Source: Alphaproteobacteria bacterium
Lineage (GTDB): Bacteria; Pseudomonadota; Alphaproteobacteria; GCA-2731375
Length of the DNA stretch: 64,000 bases
Reading direction: 5' to 3'
Assembly: GCA_965216645.1 (NCBI GenBank)
Contig: CBDCGJ010000070.1
Location: forward strand, 1 to 64,000
Position 1 is the stretch's first letter. Every line of letters starts with the position of its first letter. The position numbers were made by a program, and so were the translations under genes. Positions 1 to 9,362 of this stretch are shown one piece after another. The notes beneath the pieces are model-generated. The model was not told where the DNA came from, did no database searches, and saw nothing but the letters and a program-made list of their open reading frames with translations.

Positions 1-499
1 CCGTCGGCCGTTTCGCGATCGCTCTGGCGATCGCCACCCGCTGTTGCTCCCCGCCGGACAGCTGCGCCGGGAAATGGTCGACCCGGTCGGACAAGCCGAC
101 CAGCGCCAGAGCCTCAGCCGGATCGAAGGGGTCATCCGCGATTTCGGTCACCAGCTCGACATTTTCGAACGCCGTCAGGCTGGGCATCAGATTGTAGAAC
201 TGAAACACGAAGCCGACATGGCGGCGGCGGTAAAGGGTCAGCTGACGGTCGGTCATCGCTGTCAGTTCCTGGTCGAAGAACCGAACCACCCCGTCGCTGG
301 CATGATCGAGACCGCCGAGGATGTTCAGCAGGGTCGATTTGCCGCTGCCGGAAGCGCCGAGCAGAACCACCAACTCGCCGCGCGGCAAAGACAGATCGAC
401 GCCGCGCAAAGCGTGCACCGCGGACGGCCCGCGACCGTAAACCTTGGTGACCCCGCGCGTGCGGAAGGCCGCCGCCGCGTCCGTGTTGGCACTTTCCAT
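1..499 (-). CDS. ABC transporter ATP-binding protein (LolD/MacB/FtsE-type); 3' end lies outside the window
   Basis: Hand translation of the minus strand gives [63 protein letters not shown]...[18 protein letters not shown]...[15 protein letters not shown], showing Walker A, Q-loop and the ABC signature. ATG at 499-497. It is missing from the ORF track because the stop lies beyond the window edge. Confidence 0.8.
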   Translation of the reverse strand, partial: MESANTDAAAAFRTRGVTKVYGRGPSAVHALRGVDLSLPRGELVVLLGASGSGKSTLLNILGGLDHASDGVVRFFDQELTAMTDRQLTLYRRRHVGFVFQFYNLMPSLTAFENVELVTEIADDPFDPAEALALVGLSDRVDHFPAQLSGGEQQRVAIARAIAKRPT

Positions 500-665
500 C
501 CCGTCTGTCTCGCCCGGATCTGTCCCGGTTTTCCTTACTCTACTTGGTAATCCCGGATTTGACGAACAATAGCCAAGACTGCGGCGGATCGTCCCGCCCG
601 CGCTTGGCCCCTCGCCGATCCTGCGCTACTAATGGAGAGACACACCCCCACGGAGCTTTCATATC

Positions 666-1100
666 ATGGCATCGAAATTGAGCCCGGACGCCTGCCGGGT
701 CTTCTTGGCCGAGGTTCGGCCGGCGATTTTGAGTTTGAACGACGATGGGCGCGGCCCCCTCGCCTCGCCGGTCTGGTACGACCAACTGGACAATGGCGAC
801 ATTTGGTTCGTGACCCAAAGCAGCAGCCGCAAGGGCCGCCTGATCGACGTCGGCACGCGGCTCAGCCTGACCGTGCAGCGGGAGACCTCCCCCTACGCCT
901 ATGTCTCGGTCGAAGGACCGGTGGTAGAGGTTCGGCCCTACACGCTGGAGGACGACCTGCTGCCGATGGCGACCCGTTATCTCGGCGAGGACGGCGGGCG
1001 CGCCTATGTCGACGGGTCCCGCGCCGGTTTCAATGCCGAAACAAGTATCCGCGTGACCGTTCGCCCGGAACGCTATCTCAGCGCGGACTACAGTCAATGA
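666..1100 (+). CDS. pyridoxamine 5'-phosphate oxidase family (PPOX-like FMN-binding split-barrel) protein
   Basis: 144-aa ORF with ...PVWYDQLDNGDIWFVTQSSSRKGRLI...LSLTV... The fold assignment is from recall of the family pattern, not a search. Confidence 0.5.
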   Translation: MASKLSPDACRVFLAEVRPAILSLNDDGRGPLASPVWYDQLDNGDIWFVTQSSSRKGRLIDVGTRLSLTVQRETSPYAYVSVEGPVVEVRPYTLEDDLLPMATRYLGEDGGRAYVDGSRAGFNAETSIRVTVRPERYLSADYSQ

Positions 1101-1762
1101 TCTACGATAGCGTCGAAAACAAACATGGTCTGAAGCACGATCCCTTCAAGGCCCTGATCGCGCCGCGGCCAATCGGCTGGATCGGCAGCGTCGGCACCGA
1201 TGGAGTGTTCAATCTGGCGCCCTACAGTTTCTTTAATGCGGTCAGCGACAAGCCGCATTACGTGATGTTCTCCTCCACCCATGTGAAGGACAGTCTGCGT
1301 AACATCCGCGAGACTGGGGAGTTCACCTGCTCCCTCTCCACCTGGGATACGCGCGACGGGATGAATACCTCCTCGGCGCCCGTGCCGCCGGAGACTGACG
1401 AGTTCGCCATAGCCGGTCTCACCGCGACGCCGTCGGCCTATGTGACGCCGCCGCGGGTGAAGGAAAGTCCGGCCGCCTTCGAATGCAAGCATTGGCGTAC
1501 CATTGAATTGCCGGACGTCGATCCCGAAACCGGCCGCGGCCATCATGTGGTGATCGGCCAAGTGGTCGGTATCTATATCGACGATGCCTATATCAAGGAC
1601 GGCATGGTCGACACCGGCGCGATGCAGCCGATCGCCCGCATGGGATATATGGAATATGCCGTCGTCCGGCCGGACACGGTGTTCACGCTAAACCGGCCGC
1701 AGGTCGACGCCGACGGCCAAGTCCAGGCCCCGCCGAAGCAGTGGGACGGCGTCTACCGCTGA
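1097..1762 (+). CDS. flavin reductase family protein (NAD(P)H:flavin oxidoreductase-like)
   Basis: ATG overlaps the upstream stop (ATGA). Motifs GWIGSVGTDGVFNLAPYSFFNAVSDKPHYVMFS match the flavin reductase-like domain. The longer 632..1762 track ORF is an in-frame read-through artefact. Confidence 0.65.
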   Translation: MIYDSVENKHGLKHDPFKALIAPRPIGWIGSVGTDGVFNLAPYSFFNAVSDKPHYVMFSSTHVKDSLRNIRETGEFTCSLSTWDTRDGMNTSSAPVPPETDEFAIAGLTATPSAYVTPPRVKESPAAFECKHWRTIELPDVDPETGRGHHVVIGQVVGIYIDDAYIKDGMVDTGAMQPIARMGYMEYAVVRPDTVFTLNRPQVDADGQVQAPPKQWDGVYR

Positions 1763-1843
1763 CGTCATAGATTAGCGATCACGAATTTGTCGCTGGTCAG
1801 GCACCGGGCGGCGCGCTAGCTTCGGGCGAAACGGAGTTCGCCC

Positions 1844-2029
1844 ATGCGCATTCTCGCCATTACCTTTTGCTTCACATTTTTCGCGGCCTGTACGGCAGAC
1901 AGCTATATGGGCGCGCGTTGCGAAAAACAGGGCCTGACCAAAGGCAGCGCCGAATACAATAGCTGCGTCGACCGGGAAGCCCGCAAGAACCGACGCGATG
2001 TTAACAGGTATTGCTGCGGCGGGCCGTAA
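1844..2029 (+). CDS. small putative lipoprotein or secreted protein
   Basis: 61-aa ORF; N-terminal MRILAITFCFTFFAAC looks like a lipobox. It begins MRIL, like the next paralogue, and is Cys-rich. Confidence 0.3.
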   Translation: MRILAITFCFTFFAACTADSYMGARCEKQGLTKGSAEYNSCVDREARKNRRDVNRYCCGGP

Positions 2030-2116
2030 TAGATGGCGCTAAATATCGACTAGACAATTTTTCCAATTATATATATAGCTATTGTACTAATTTTGGTTAA
2101 TTTTTTGATTATCTGA

Positions 2117-2686
2117 ATGCGCATATTAATTATTGTCTCTCTCCTGATTTTGACCGCTTGTCAAACAACCTCGAACCGCAGCGGAATGAACGATTGGCAC
2201 GACGTTGTCGAAGATCAATCGCGACTCATAGTGGTCAACAATAGCGATGAAGTCGTCCGGCGAAGACAGCGGACCGGCCCACATAGTTGGCAGGAACATG
2301 TTCAATTCAATGATGCCAATATTTATGTCACGGCTGTTTTAGAGCGCTATTACTTCATCGGTACGGATAATGTAGAAGAAACCGAAATGCGGCGCATTTT
2401 CCCTAGGCTGAATGAGCACGGTTTTTCCTATGGAAGTGTCGTCCGCAAGTCGGTCGGCATCGACCCTTTGTTCCTTCTCGTCGCCCGCGGCGAGAAAATT
2501 AGCTGCGTGGTTTTTCGCAAATATACCACCCATCCAGGTTCCTCCCATTACTATCTGCAGTCGGACGAGCAAAAATCAGCACTGATATTTGGCATCGGAT
2601 GTCTGGACGGAAAATCCGCGCCGGAACCCAGTTTGCACAACTTGGCTTCAAAACTAATACAACGGGTCCGGTTCAAAAAATCCTAA
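2117..2686 (+). CDS. lipoprotein of unknown function (paralogue 1 of a tandem family)
   Basis: Lipobox LILTAC. Shares WQEHVQF, C[VL][VL]FRKY..HPGS, IG.AC and a C-terminal R.RFKK motif with the 3584..4162 ORF. Lies in an AT-rich, low-GC patch. Confidence 0.6.
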   Translation: MRILIIVSLLILTACQTTSNRSGMNDWHDVVEDQSRLIVVNNSDEVVRRRQRTGPHSWQEHVQFNDANIYVTAVLERYYFIGTDNVEETEMRRIFPRLNEHGFSYGSVVRKSVGIDPLFLLVARGEKISCVVFRKYTTHPGSSHYYLQSDEQKSALIFGIGCLDGKSAPEPSLHNLASKLIQRVRFKKS

Positions 2687-2923
2687 TCGTGAGGTACCGC
2701 GCCAATGCACGGATGTAAGATTTCGCCTTGAGGTATTGGATAATTCCCAACGCCGACAGTAGAGGGCGGATGTCGATTAAATAGGCGCACGAACAAGAGC
2801 CGACTGAACAGAATGGATCCGCTATCGTCTCTCTTCGTCAACGAATCTTGAATTCCCTGAGATCGACAATTTTCTACAATTCGGCTATTCTGATCTTCAA
2901 TTCGCGCATTTAGTATTGCCGGT

Positions 2924-3511
2924 ATGTATCGTTTATTTATCATAATTTCGGTTTTATTCTTAACCTCCTGCGCCACACCGCCACCGCCGCCGGAGAACAC
3001 GCCGCTGGTCGATGATGGTTGGCGGCAGGTCAATCCCTACGACGTCGTCAACGACTCCATGGTCGAAATCGTCGGCGACGGCGGCGAGGTGCGTAGCCAC
3101 CGATATCGCGAGTTGGCGGATATCCGGCATGAGAAACTACGCTTCTTCGACGGCCTGCTCGATATCCAGGTAAAGCATAAGGGCGAATTCAAGGTCTATT
3201 CGATGAGCCGCGAACATCGGCGTTTGCTGGAAAATTTCCGCCCTCTCCGCGACCTCGGCTTCGTCATCACCGGAATCAAACGGGAAACCCACGGCAGCGA
3301 CAAGTTCTTTTATGCTTTCGCCGAAGGCGATTACCGGCGCTGCGTCACCTTTCGGCTGTACCCGGTACGAAAAACGAAAGTTGGCCGACGGATTCAGATT
3401 ACGGGTTTGGCCTGCGACGAAGACGGCAAGGCGTCTGACAACGTGCTTCTCGACAAAGCCGAAGAGATGTTGACCCGCATACGTTTCAAGGGCCAAAGCA
3501 AGCGAGTGTAA
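2924..3511 (+). CDS. lipoprotein of unknown function (paralogue 2, more divergent)
   Basis: Lipobox LFLTSC followed by a PPPP linker. Shares CVTFRLYP, ITGLACDEDGKASD and a C-terminal RIRFKG with its neighbours. Confidence 0.55.
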   Translation: MYRLFIIISVLFLTSCATPPPPPENTPLVDDGWRQVNPYDVVNDSMVEIVGDGGEVRSHRYRELADIRHEKLRFFDGLLDIQVKHKGEFKVYSMSREHRRLLENFRPLRDLGFVITGIKRETHGSDKFFYAFAEGDYRRCVTFRLYPVRKTKVGRRIQITGLACDEDGKASDNVLLDKAEEMLTRIRFKGQSKRV

Positions 3512-3583
3512 AGGATTGGCCGTTATCTTCCGCCGCCGGTATCGCGGCAATCAACCTCAACCAACAAATGGATAGTCAGTATC

Positions 3584-4162
3584 ATGCGTCGTAGATTCAC
3601 CTCGTCTCTCTACCTGTTGGCCGTGTTGACCGGCTGGCTGACCTTTTCGAACGCGGCCTGGTCGCAACAATGGAACGATATCACGCCCGAACAGTCGAAA
3701 CTGGAAATTCTGAAAAAGAAGGACGACATCGTCGCCTGGCGCGGCCGTACGGCGAACGGGGTCTGGCAAGAACATGTTCAGTTCTCGGACGTGCATATTG
3801 TCGCCTCGTCCCTGCCGGAAAAGGCCTATCGTATCTCCGGTGTGGAAGAGGAGCACACGAAACTCGCCGCCAACTTCAAGTCGCTGGTGGAGAAGGGCTT
3901 CAAATTCGAGCGCTGTGACGCCGTCGCCACCGACGAAGACCCCCTTTACTATTGTATTGCGCGACGGGACGCCGGTGCCTGCGTGCTGTTCCGCAAATAC
4001 CTCGACCATCCCGGCAGTCCGCTCTATGCCAAGCCCGAGATTGCCCGCAAATCCGCCCAATTCATCGGCACTGCCTGCCAGCTCGACACCAAGGTTAGTG
4101 ACGACGAACTCAAAACCCTGGTCATCGAGATGAGCCAAAGGGCGGCGTTCAAGAAAAACTAA
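3584..4162 (+). CDS. secreted protein of unknown function (paralogue 3 of the tandem family)
   Basis: Signal peptide with a SNA/AWS cleavage-like site; WQEHVQFSDVHI, ACVLFRKYLDHPGSP, IGTACQLDTKVSD, C-terminal RAAFKKN. Confidence 0.6.
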   Translation: MRRRFTSSLYLLAVLTGWLTFSNAAWSQQWNDITPEQSKLEILKKKDDIVAWRGRTANGVWQEHVQFSDVHIVASSLPEKAYRISGVEEEHTKLAANFKSLVEKGFKFERCDAVATDEDPLYYCIARRDAGACVLFRKYLDHPGSPLYAKPEIARKSAQFIGTACQLDTKVSDDELKTLVIEMSQRAAFKKN

Positions 4163-5013
4163 GCGGCTGCGCCGTTCATGATCACCTCGACCTGATCCTC
4201 CGGCACGTAAAAGTAACTGCCGGGGCGGAAGTCATAGCCGAGGTCGCCGAGCAAGCGGCGTTGGCGCGGCGTGCAGGCATTCGGGATCTCCGGCACGCCG
4301 CCGAAGTCGTAGGCGCGGACGAACATCTGGCAGTAGTTGTAGAGCAGGGTCTTGCGCCCCCGCCCCGAATTGTTCGGCGCCGGGCCGTGCCACAGGGCGT
4401 GGGAGAAGAGGAAACAATCCCCCGCCTTGCCGCAAAGCTGCACCGCGCCCGGTGCGTGGGGATGGGGTGCCATCGCCGGGTCCTCCGGGAACGGCCGCAT
4501 ATGGCTGCCAGGAAAGACGGTAAAGTTGCCGCAATCGGTCCCGTCTACATCAGTCAGCAGATAGAGCGCCTTCATGGCGATGGGCCGGCTGGTTTCGGTC
4601 ACCCGGATGCGCCGCAGCCCCTCACCCCCGTCCGTATGGGTGAAGCCTTCGAAACCGTCGCCGGAGCCGCGCACGATCGCCTGGGACATGGAAAAAGACA
4701 GATACGGCCCCATGATATCGACCACCAGATCGAACACTTCCGGCCGGTCGATCAGTTCGTAGAAGGCCGGGTGATAGGGCAAGATATGGCGCCGGTCCAT
4801 GAAAGCTTCCGGATCCGGATTCTGCGCCGCCGCCACCCACTGATAATGCCCGCGGGGCAGCATGCCCGAAATCGGCTCATACCCACCGACCCGGCGCATG
4901 GCGTCGATCTGGTCGGAAAAGAAGGCCACCTCGTCGGCGTCGAACACGCCTTCAAGATGCAAATACCCATCCGTCGCCCATTGGACCCGCTGCTGTTCCG
5001 TCAATTTCCGCAT
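4159..5013 (-). CDS. phytanoyl-CoA dioxygenase (PhyH) family Fe(II)/2-oxoglutarate-dependent oxygenase
   Basis: WATDGYLHLEGVF...HTDGG...FPGSH...HALWHGP are PhyH-like motifs. RBS GGGAG lies before the ATG at 5013; an alternative ATG is at 5037. Confidence 0.65.
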   Translation of the reverse strand: MRKLTEQQRVQWATDGYLHLEGVFDADEVAFFSDQIDAMRRVGGYEPISGMLPRGHYQWVAAAQNPDPEAFMDRRHILPYHPAFYELIDRPEVFDLVVDIMGPYLSFSMSQAIVRGSGDGFEGFTHTDGGEGLRRIRVTETSRPIAMKALYLLTDVDGTDCGNFTVFPGSHMRPFPEDPAMAPHPHAPGAVQLCGKAGDCFLFSHALWHGPAPNNSGRGRKTLLYNYCQMFVRAYDFGGVPEIPNACTPRQRRLLGDLGYDFRPGSYFYVPEDQVEVIMNGAAA

Positions 5014-5104
5014 CGCGCCGCTCCCTTCATCGACCAAGAAAGATTAGCGCGACAGCGATTTACGACGCAAACGGCGGATGTTCGACTTCGATTGCCATCG
5101 CCGC

Positions 5105-5509
5105 TTACCACAACGCCTCCCCGTCCGTGGTCGAGACGTGGGCGCTGACGACTTTCCAACCGAGGTCGGGGAACTTGACCCAGAATTGGCTCTGGCGGCC
5201 GATCAGGTCCTGGCCCCGGACCTTGAATTCCAGGTTCACCGCCGCCTTGTCCCGGCCGATGGTGAGAATTTCGAGGCGGATGCGCTTCTCCTTGATCCCC
5301 GGTCCCGGCGGACGGGCGACCCGGTGGGCGTGGATGGCGTCGAAGCCATAGCCATGTTCGTTCATGGCCAAACGCACCGTATGGGGACTGCGCCAGAAGA
5401 TGTCGTCCAACACGTCCACATCCTTCTCCGCCAATGCCGTCTCGTAGCGTTCGAAGAGCTCGCGGACTTCCGCCACGACTTCCGCATTGTTGACCTCATA
5501 CTCGTCCAT
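5105..5509 (-). CDS. SnoaL-like / AtzH-like (DUF3225-type) small protein, translationally coupled to the upstream amidase
   Basis: The internal start MDEYEVNNAEVVAEVRELFERYETALAEKDVDVLDDIFW gives 134 aa; ATG overlaps the amidase stop (ATGA). The longer 186-aa track ORF has an Arg-rich spurious N-terminus. Confidence 0.5.
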   Translation of the reverse strand: MDEYEVNNAEVVAEVRELFERYETALAEKDVDVLDDIFWRSPHTVRLAMNEHGYGFDAIHAHRVARPPGPGIKEKRIRLEILTIGRDKAAVNLEFKVRGQDLIGRQSQFWVKFPDLGWKVVSAHVSTTDGEALW

Positions 5510-5511
5510 CA

Positions 5512-6684
5512 CAAGCTCTCTCCTAAGGCACATGCCAAGGCGACCAGCGCCGCGTCCTCGTTGGCGCCGGCGACCAACGACAGGCCGACCGGCGCGCCGT
5601 CCACCATGGCGCCGGGAATGCTGACCTGCGGCATGCCGGCCAAGCCACCATGGGCGCAGAGGCAAAGAATCGCCTCCCGGATCGGATTCTGTTCCCTCAA
5701 CGGCAGGTCCTTAAGCGGCGCCGGAAACGGCGTCGTCGGCATTGCCAGGGCCGTGCCCGGCGGCAGCAGATAGGTCAGCCGCGCCCGCGCCTCTCGCCGC
5801 ATCAACTCGGCCCACTGTCTTTCGCTTTCCGGAATAGCGGCGCCATAGAGCAATCCGCGCGCCACATTGAATGCCAGGCGCGGATTGCAGGTATCGAGCC
5901 ACTCCTTGAAGGTCTCGTAAGCCTCCGCCGGTTGCAGCGTGCGTTGCGCCCGGCCCCAGACCGACAATCCCTGCGGCGCCAGGATGTCCTCTTTCATGGT
6001 CGAAACCAGGCCCGTCAGTTTCCCAATCAGCGGCGCCAGCGCGTTCATGGTTTCTGTCTCGGCGAAACCGAAGGCGTCGCTGGCGATGATCACCCGATCG
6101 ATCTTCGGCGCGCTCAATGGTTCCTGCAACAGCACGGTGGAGATCCGGCGGAACACGGCCGCGTCCTTCGCCAACCAGCCGCAGGTATCGCTGCTCGGCG
6201 CCTGCGGCAGCATACCGGACAGATCGAGCCGACCATGGGTCGGACGAATACCATAGAGGCCGCAAAAACTGGCCGGCACCCGCACGCTGCCGCCCGTATC
6301 GGTGCCAAGGCCAAAGTCGGCCAAACCCGCCCCTACCGCAGCCGCTGTGCCCGAAGACGAACCGCCGGGCACCCGGTCGGGCGCCGCTGTGTTGAGCGGC
6401 GTGCCGTAAAACGCATTCTCCCCCAATATACCGAGCGAGACTTCGTCGGTAATGGTCTTACCGATCAGCGCCGCGCCGGCGTCGAGCAGGCATTGCACCG
6501 CCCAGGCATGATGCGTCGCCTTGCCTTGGCGATTCGCCCAATCCGGATTGCCGCCACCGGTAACATAACCGGCAACGTCGAACAGATCTTTTGCGACGAA
6601 CTCCAGTCCGCTCAGCGGCCCTTCCGCCGCGCCGGCGATGCGAAATTTCGGACCATCCGTAAAGGCATTAACTTTTTCTGACAT
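5512..6684 (-). CDS. amidase-signature family amidohydrolase
   Basis: GGSSSGTAAAVGAGLADFGLGTDTGGSVRVPASFCGLYGIRPTHGRLD matches the AS-family Ser-cisSer-Lys signature region. The track ORF begins at a GTG (6696); the ATG at 6684 has GGGAG 5 nt upstream. Confidence 0.75.
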
Positions 6685-6716
6685 ATCGGCTCCCACTCAA
6701 TGGGTCGAGTTTAGAG

Positions 6717-6764
6717 CATATATCGACCATACGGCATCATTTGATGGCGTATGGTCGATATATG
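6717..6764. repeat. 48-bp near-perfect palindrome just upstream of the amidase start
   Basis: Arms CATATATCGACCATACG and CGTATGGTCGATATATG are perfect 17-mers. The 14-nt spacer GCATCATTTGATGG is itself an inverted CATCA-TT-TGATG. It sits ~33 nt upstream of the amidase ATG and ~115 nt upstream of the divergent 6879 ORF. Confidence 0.9.
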
Positions 6765-6878
6765 TTCAAGCCCTGGCCGGCGACCGACACCAACCCCGGC
6801 TTGCCCGCTTGCGCCGATCGGTCGGATGCCCGAAGATAGGCGACGGTTCGATCGAATTCATAAGGAAGGAAACTCACC

Positions 6879-7220
6879 ATGCTCATCGCCATCGTCCTGT
6901 TCGCCCGCGACGGCAAGCGGCCGCGGGAAGAAGCCATCGGCGGCGGTTTGAAAACCGCGCCGACCTATGTCGACCTGCCCGGATTGATCCGCAAGGACTA
7001 TCTGAACGGCGATACCGCCGCCGGCGGCGTCTATCTATGGGAAAGTAAGGAAGCCGCGGACGCCTGGTATACCGATGACTGGTACGACCGCATGGAGAAG
7101 CAGTTCGGCGTACGTCCAACGCTCACTTACTTCGACCATCATGTCAGCGTCGACAATGGCGCCGGTCAAGTCCGCGTCGACGGCGAACCGGTCTCCCTCG
7201 ATCAGGCCGCGGCGGAATAG
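6879..7220 (+). CDS. YdhR-like putative monooxygenase (dimeric alpha/beta-barrel family)
   Basis: 113-aa ORF; DYLNGDTAAGGVYLWESKEAADAWYTDDWYDRMEKQFGVRPTLTYFD resembles YdhR-family proteins (from recall). Confidence 0.45.
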   Translation: MLIAIVLFARDGKRPREEAIGGGLKTAPTYVDLPGLIRKDYLNGDTAAGGVYLWESKEAADAWYTDDWYDRMEKQFGVRPTLTYFDHHVSVDNGAGQVRVDGEPVSLDQAAAE

Positions 7221-7221
7221 T

Positions 7222-7854
7222 TTGCGGCGGCTCATCCCGCTTCTTCTGGCCGTCTCTCTCGGTCTGAGCGGCTGCCTGACCTTCGACGACAATGCCAAAC
7301 TGGCCGGTTTGACGCCGGCCACGCCACTGGCGGACGGCGCCAAATTAAGACTTTCGCCGAAGAGCGATTTGGCGAGCGACGATCTCAAGCTCGATCCCGC
7401 CTGCGCCCTGTCTGTCCGACTGCAACAACCGGCGAAATCCTATACCTTCACGGATTGCGATGGTGAAATCTACGAATTGGCGCCGTCGGGAAACCGGTTT
7501 TACGCGGTCGAGCCGGAAGACGGGATATTTGTCACCACGATCTGTGACAACAGCGATGACGCGACCGATTGCACCCTGGTGCCGGCTCGTTTTGCCCAGA
7601 CGCGTCTGACCGTCATTTCCCATGTCTTCGCCTCCGGATTGATTTCGGCCCAGTTGAAGGCGTGGCGGGCGCGCCTCGACGATCCTTCGGCCCAAGCCGT
7701 CCTGGATCAAGTCGCCGACCGGAATCGGCGCGACGGCGCCCTGTCGAGCGGCTTGATCACGATCGTCGACGAGGAACAGCTGGCGCTGCTGACCCGTCTG
7801 TTCCTGGAACAGCCGCCGACCGGCGCGCAAATCCTGTATTTCGATATTGAATAG
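7222..7854 (+). CDS. lipoprotein of unknown function (probable TTG start)
   Basis: LRRLIPLLLAVSLGLSGCLTFDD is a lipobox signal peptide. The in-frame upstream part of the track ORF overlaps the previous gene. No ATG is available, so TTG at 7222 is proposed. Confidence 0.4.
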   Translation: MRRLIPLLLAVSLGLSGCLTFDDNAKLAGLTPATPLADGAKLRLSPKSDLASDDLKLDPACALSVRLQQPAKSYTFTDCDGEIYELAPSGNRFYAVEPEDGIFVTTICDNSDDATDCTLVPARFAQTRLTVISHVFASGLISAQLKAWRARLDDPSAQAVLDQVADRNRRDGALSSGLITIVDEEQLALLTRLFLEQPPTGAQILYFDIE

Positions 7855-7860
7855 AACGCG

Positions 7861-8745
7861 TCAATTGGCGAAGGCCTTGCAATAGACGCGGAGCACCAAG
7901 GCGCTTTTACGGTAGCCGGCACCGATATGTGTCCAGTTCTGCGGCGTGATCAGGTCGCGCATGGTGTTCAAGCCGCGCGCGGCCGGATCGACGCCCGACT
8001 GCTCGAACATCTTGCCGAAGGCGGCGGGTGCCGTGGTCATGATACGTCCCCGGCGTTTCGACTCCGCCGACGTCACCCCGACCACCTCGCCCCGGCGATT
8101 GAACACCGGACCGCCGGAAAGCCCGCCCAGACTGCCGCTCAAATTCGGATCCCGCCGCACCTCCGCCCAGACGATCACCCGATCCTCATAACGCGAGCGT
8201 CCGATATGACGTAGCCGTTGCCGGCCGATCGCGGTCGTCCGCACGGCCGCCGGCGTGCCTTGGGGGAAGCCGTAGTGGAAGCCGTCCGCCCCTCGCCCCG
8301 GCGGCGCCGAGGCCAGTTTCACGCTGACCTTCGGCTTGGCGCCGGAGAGCAGGGCGATATCCGAATTCTTATGGATCCAGACCCGTGCCACCTTGAAATA
8401 TTTCTTCCGCTGATGGGACAGGTAGACCGAATGGCAGCCCTCGACCACATGGCGGGCGGTGAACCAAAGGCCTTGGCTTTCGTCGATCGAAAACGCGGTG
8501 CCGAGCGTGTTCCCGGAACGTGGGCCGGATTCGACTTGCCCGATCGGATCGTCCGGCCGCGGCACCAGCGCCGGTCCGGCCGGGCGGTCGTCCTCCCGCG
8601 CCGGCGGCGGGTCCCGCCGCGCCTCCGGTTGCGGCGGCGCGATGAAATCGTCCAGATTGGGTTTGCGCGGCGCTTTCTCCTCGGCGACGTAATTGTTGAA
8701 GACGATCATCAGAACCAGCAGCACGGCCAGCAGCACCAGGCGCAT
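7861..8745 (-). CDS. membrane-anchored trypsin-like (S1/chymotrypsin fold) serine peptidase
   Basis: N-terminal TM helix; TAFSI...TARHVV (His), DIALL (Asp) and GLSGGPVF (Ser) are in the canonical order. Confidence 0.65.
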   Translation of the reverse strand: MRLVLLAVLLVLMIVFNNYVAEEKAPRKPNLDDFIAPPQPEARRDPPPAREDDRPAGPALVPRPDDPIGQVESGPRSGNTLGTAFSIDESQGLWFTARHVVEGCHSVYLSHQRKKYFKVARVWIHKNSDIALLSGAKPKVSVKLASAPPGRGADGFHYGFPQGTPAAVRTTAIGRQRLRHIGRSRYEDRVIVWAEVRRDPNLSGSLGGLSGGPVFNRRGEVVGVTSAESKRRGRIMTTAPAAFGKMFEQSGVDPAARGLNTMRDLITPQNWTHIGAGYRKSALVLRVYCKAFAN

Positions 8746-8754
8746 GACGCGACC

Positions 8755-9168
8755 TTATCCGGAAACGGCGGCCGCGTTGACGGCGGCGGTCGACAATTTT
8801 ACCAGCAATAGAAACACGGCCCCGGCCACATCTCCCTCCTCGATCCGCTGGGACAGGTTGCGTAGAACCAGATCCACGACACGGAAGGCGATGAGCTGCA
8901 GGACTAAAGTCACCGACCCCCAGACCAGGATATCGAGCACGGACACCGAGAAAGCCAGGCAGAAGGACAGCGGGATCGCCAGCCCCAGGATGGCCCCGCC
9001 GAAGGAGATGGCGGCGGCCACATTGCCGGCGCGGACCAATTCGATCTCGCGGTGCGGGGTCAACCAGAGATAGATCATAGCGCCGGCCAACAGCATCGCC
9101 AATGTCGTCGCGCTTTGCGCCAGGAACGCCGGTAGGCCGGTCATCAATGTCTGCAAAATGGCTTCCAT
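8755..9168 (-). CDS. DUF350-type small membrane protein
   Basis: The internal start MEAILQTLMTGLPAFLAQSATTLAMLLAGAMIYLWLTPHREIELVRAGNVAAAISFGGAILGLAIPL gives a 137-aa polytopic membrane protein. DUF350 assignment is from recall. The 5' extension of the track ORF overlaps the divergent LLM gene. Confidence 0.45.
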   Translation of the reverse strand: MEAILQTLMTGLPAFLAQSATTLAMLLAGAMIYLWLTPHREIELVRAGNVAAAISFGGAILGLAIPLSFCLAFSVSVLDILVWGSVTLVLQLIAFRVVDLVLRNLSQRIEEGDVAGAVFLLLVKLSTAAVNAAAVSG

Positions 9169-9362
9169 AGGCCGACGCCCCCTCACAACAAAACCCGCGC
9201 CATCATGCCGTATGGCGGGCGGACAGGCAATCGATCGCACCTGGATGAAACTACGCCCCATTTCGCTCGTAAAAACGGCGTATTCGCCGTCACCCCAAGC
9301 ACATGCGTTTCCTGCTGCACGACCATGTTCAATCAACAGCCCGCCAGGTTATGATCGAGCCG

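Noticed and set aside
632-1762. 376-aa ORF spanning two genes
   Set aside because: The first third is an out-of-frame reading across the PPOX-like gene; only the part from ATG 1097 (the flavin reductase) is credible. Similar unsupported 5' extensions were trimmed at 5105..5665, 8755..9336, 20075..21562, 42320..43897 and 48739..49842.
5650-6681. 343-aa plus-strand ORF
   Set aside because: It is antisense to the amidase gene, which has a clear AS signature and a proper RBS.
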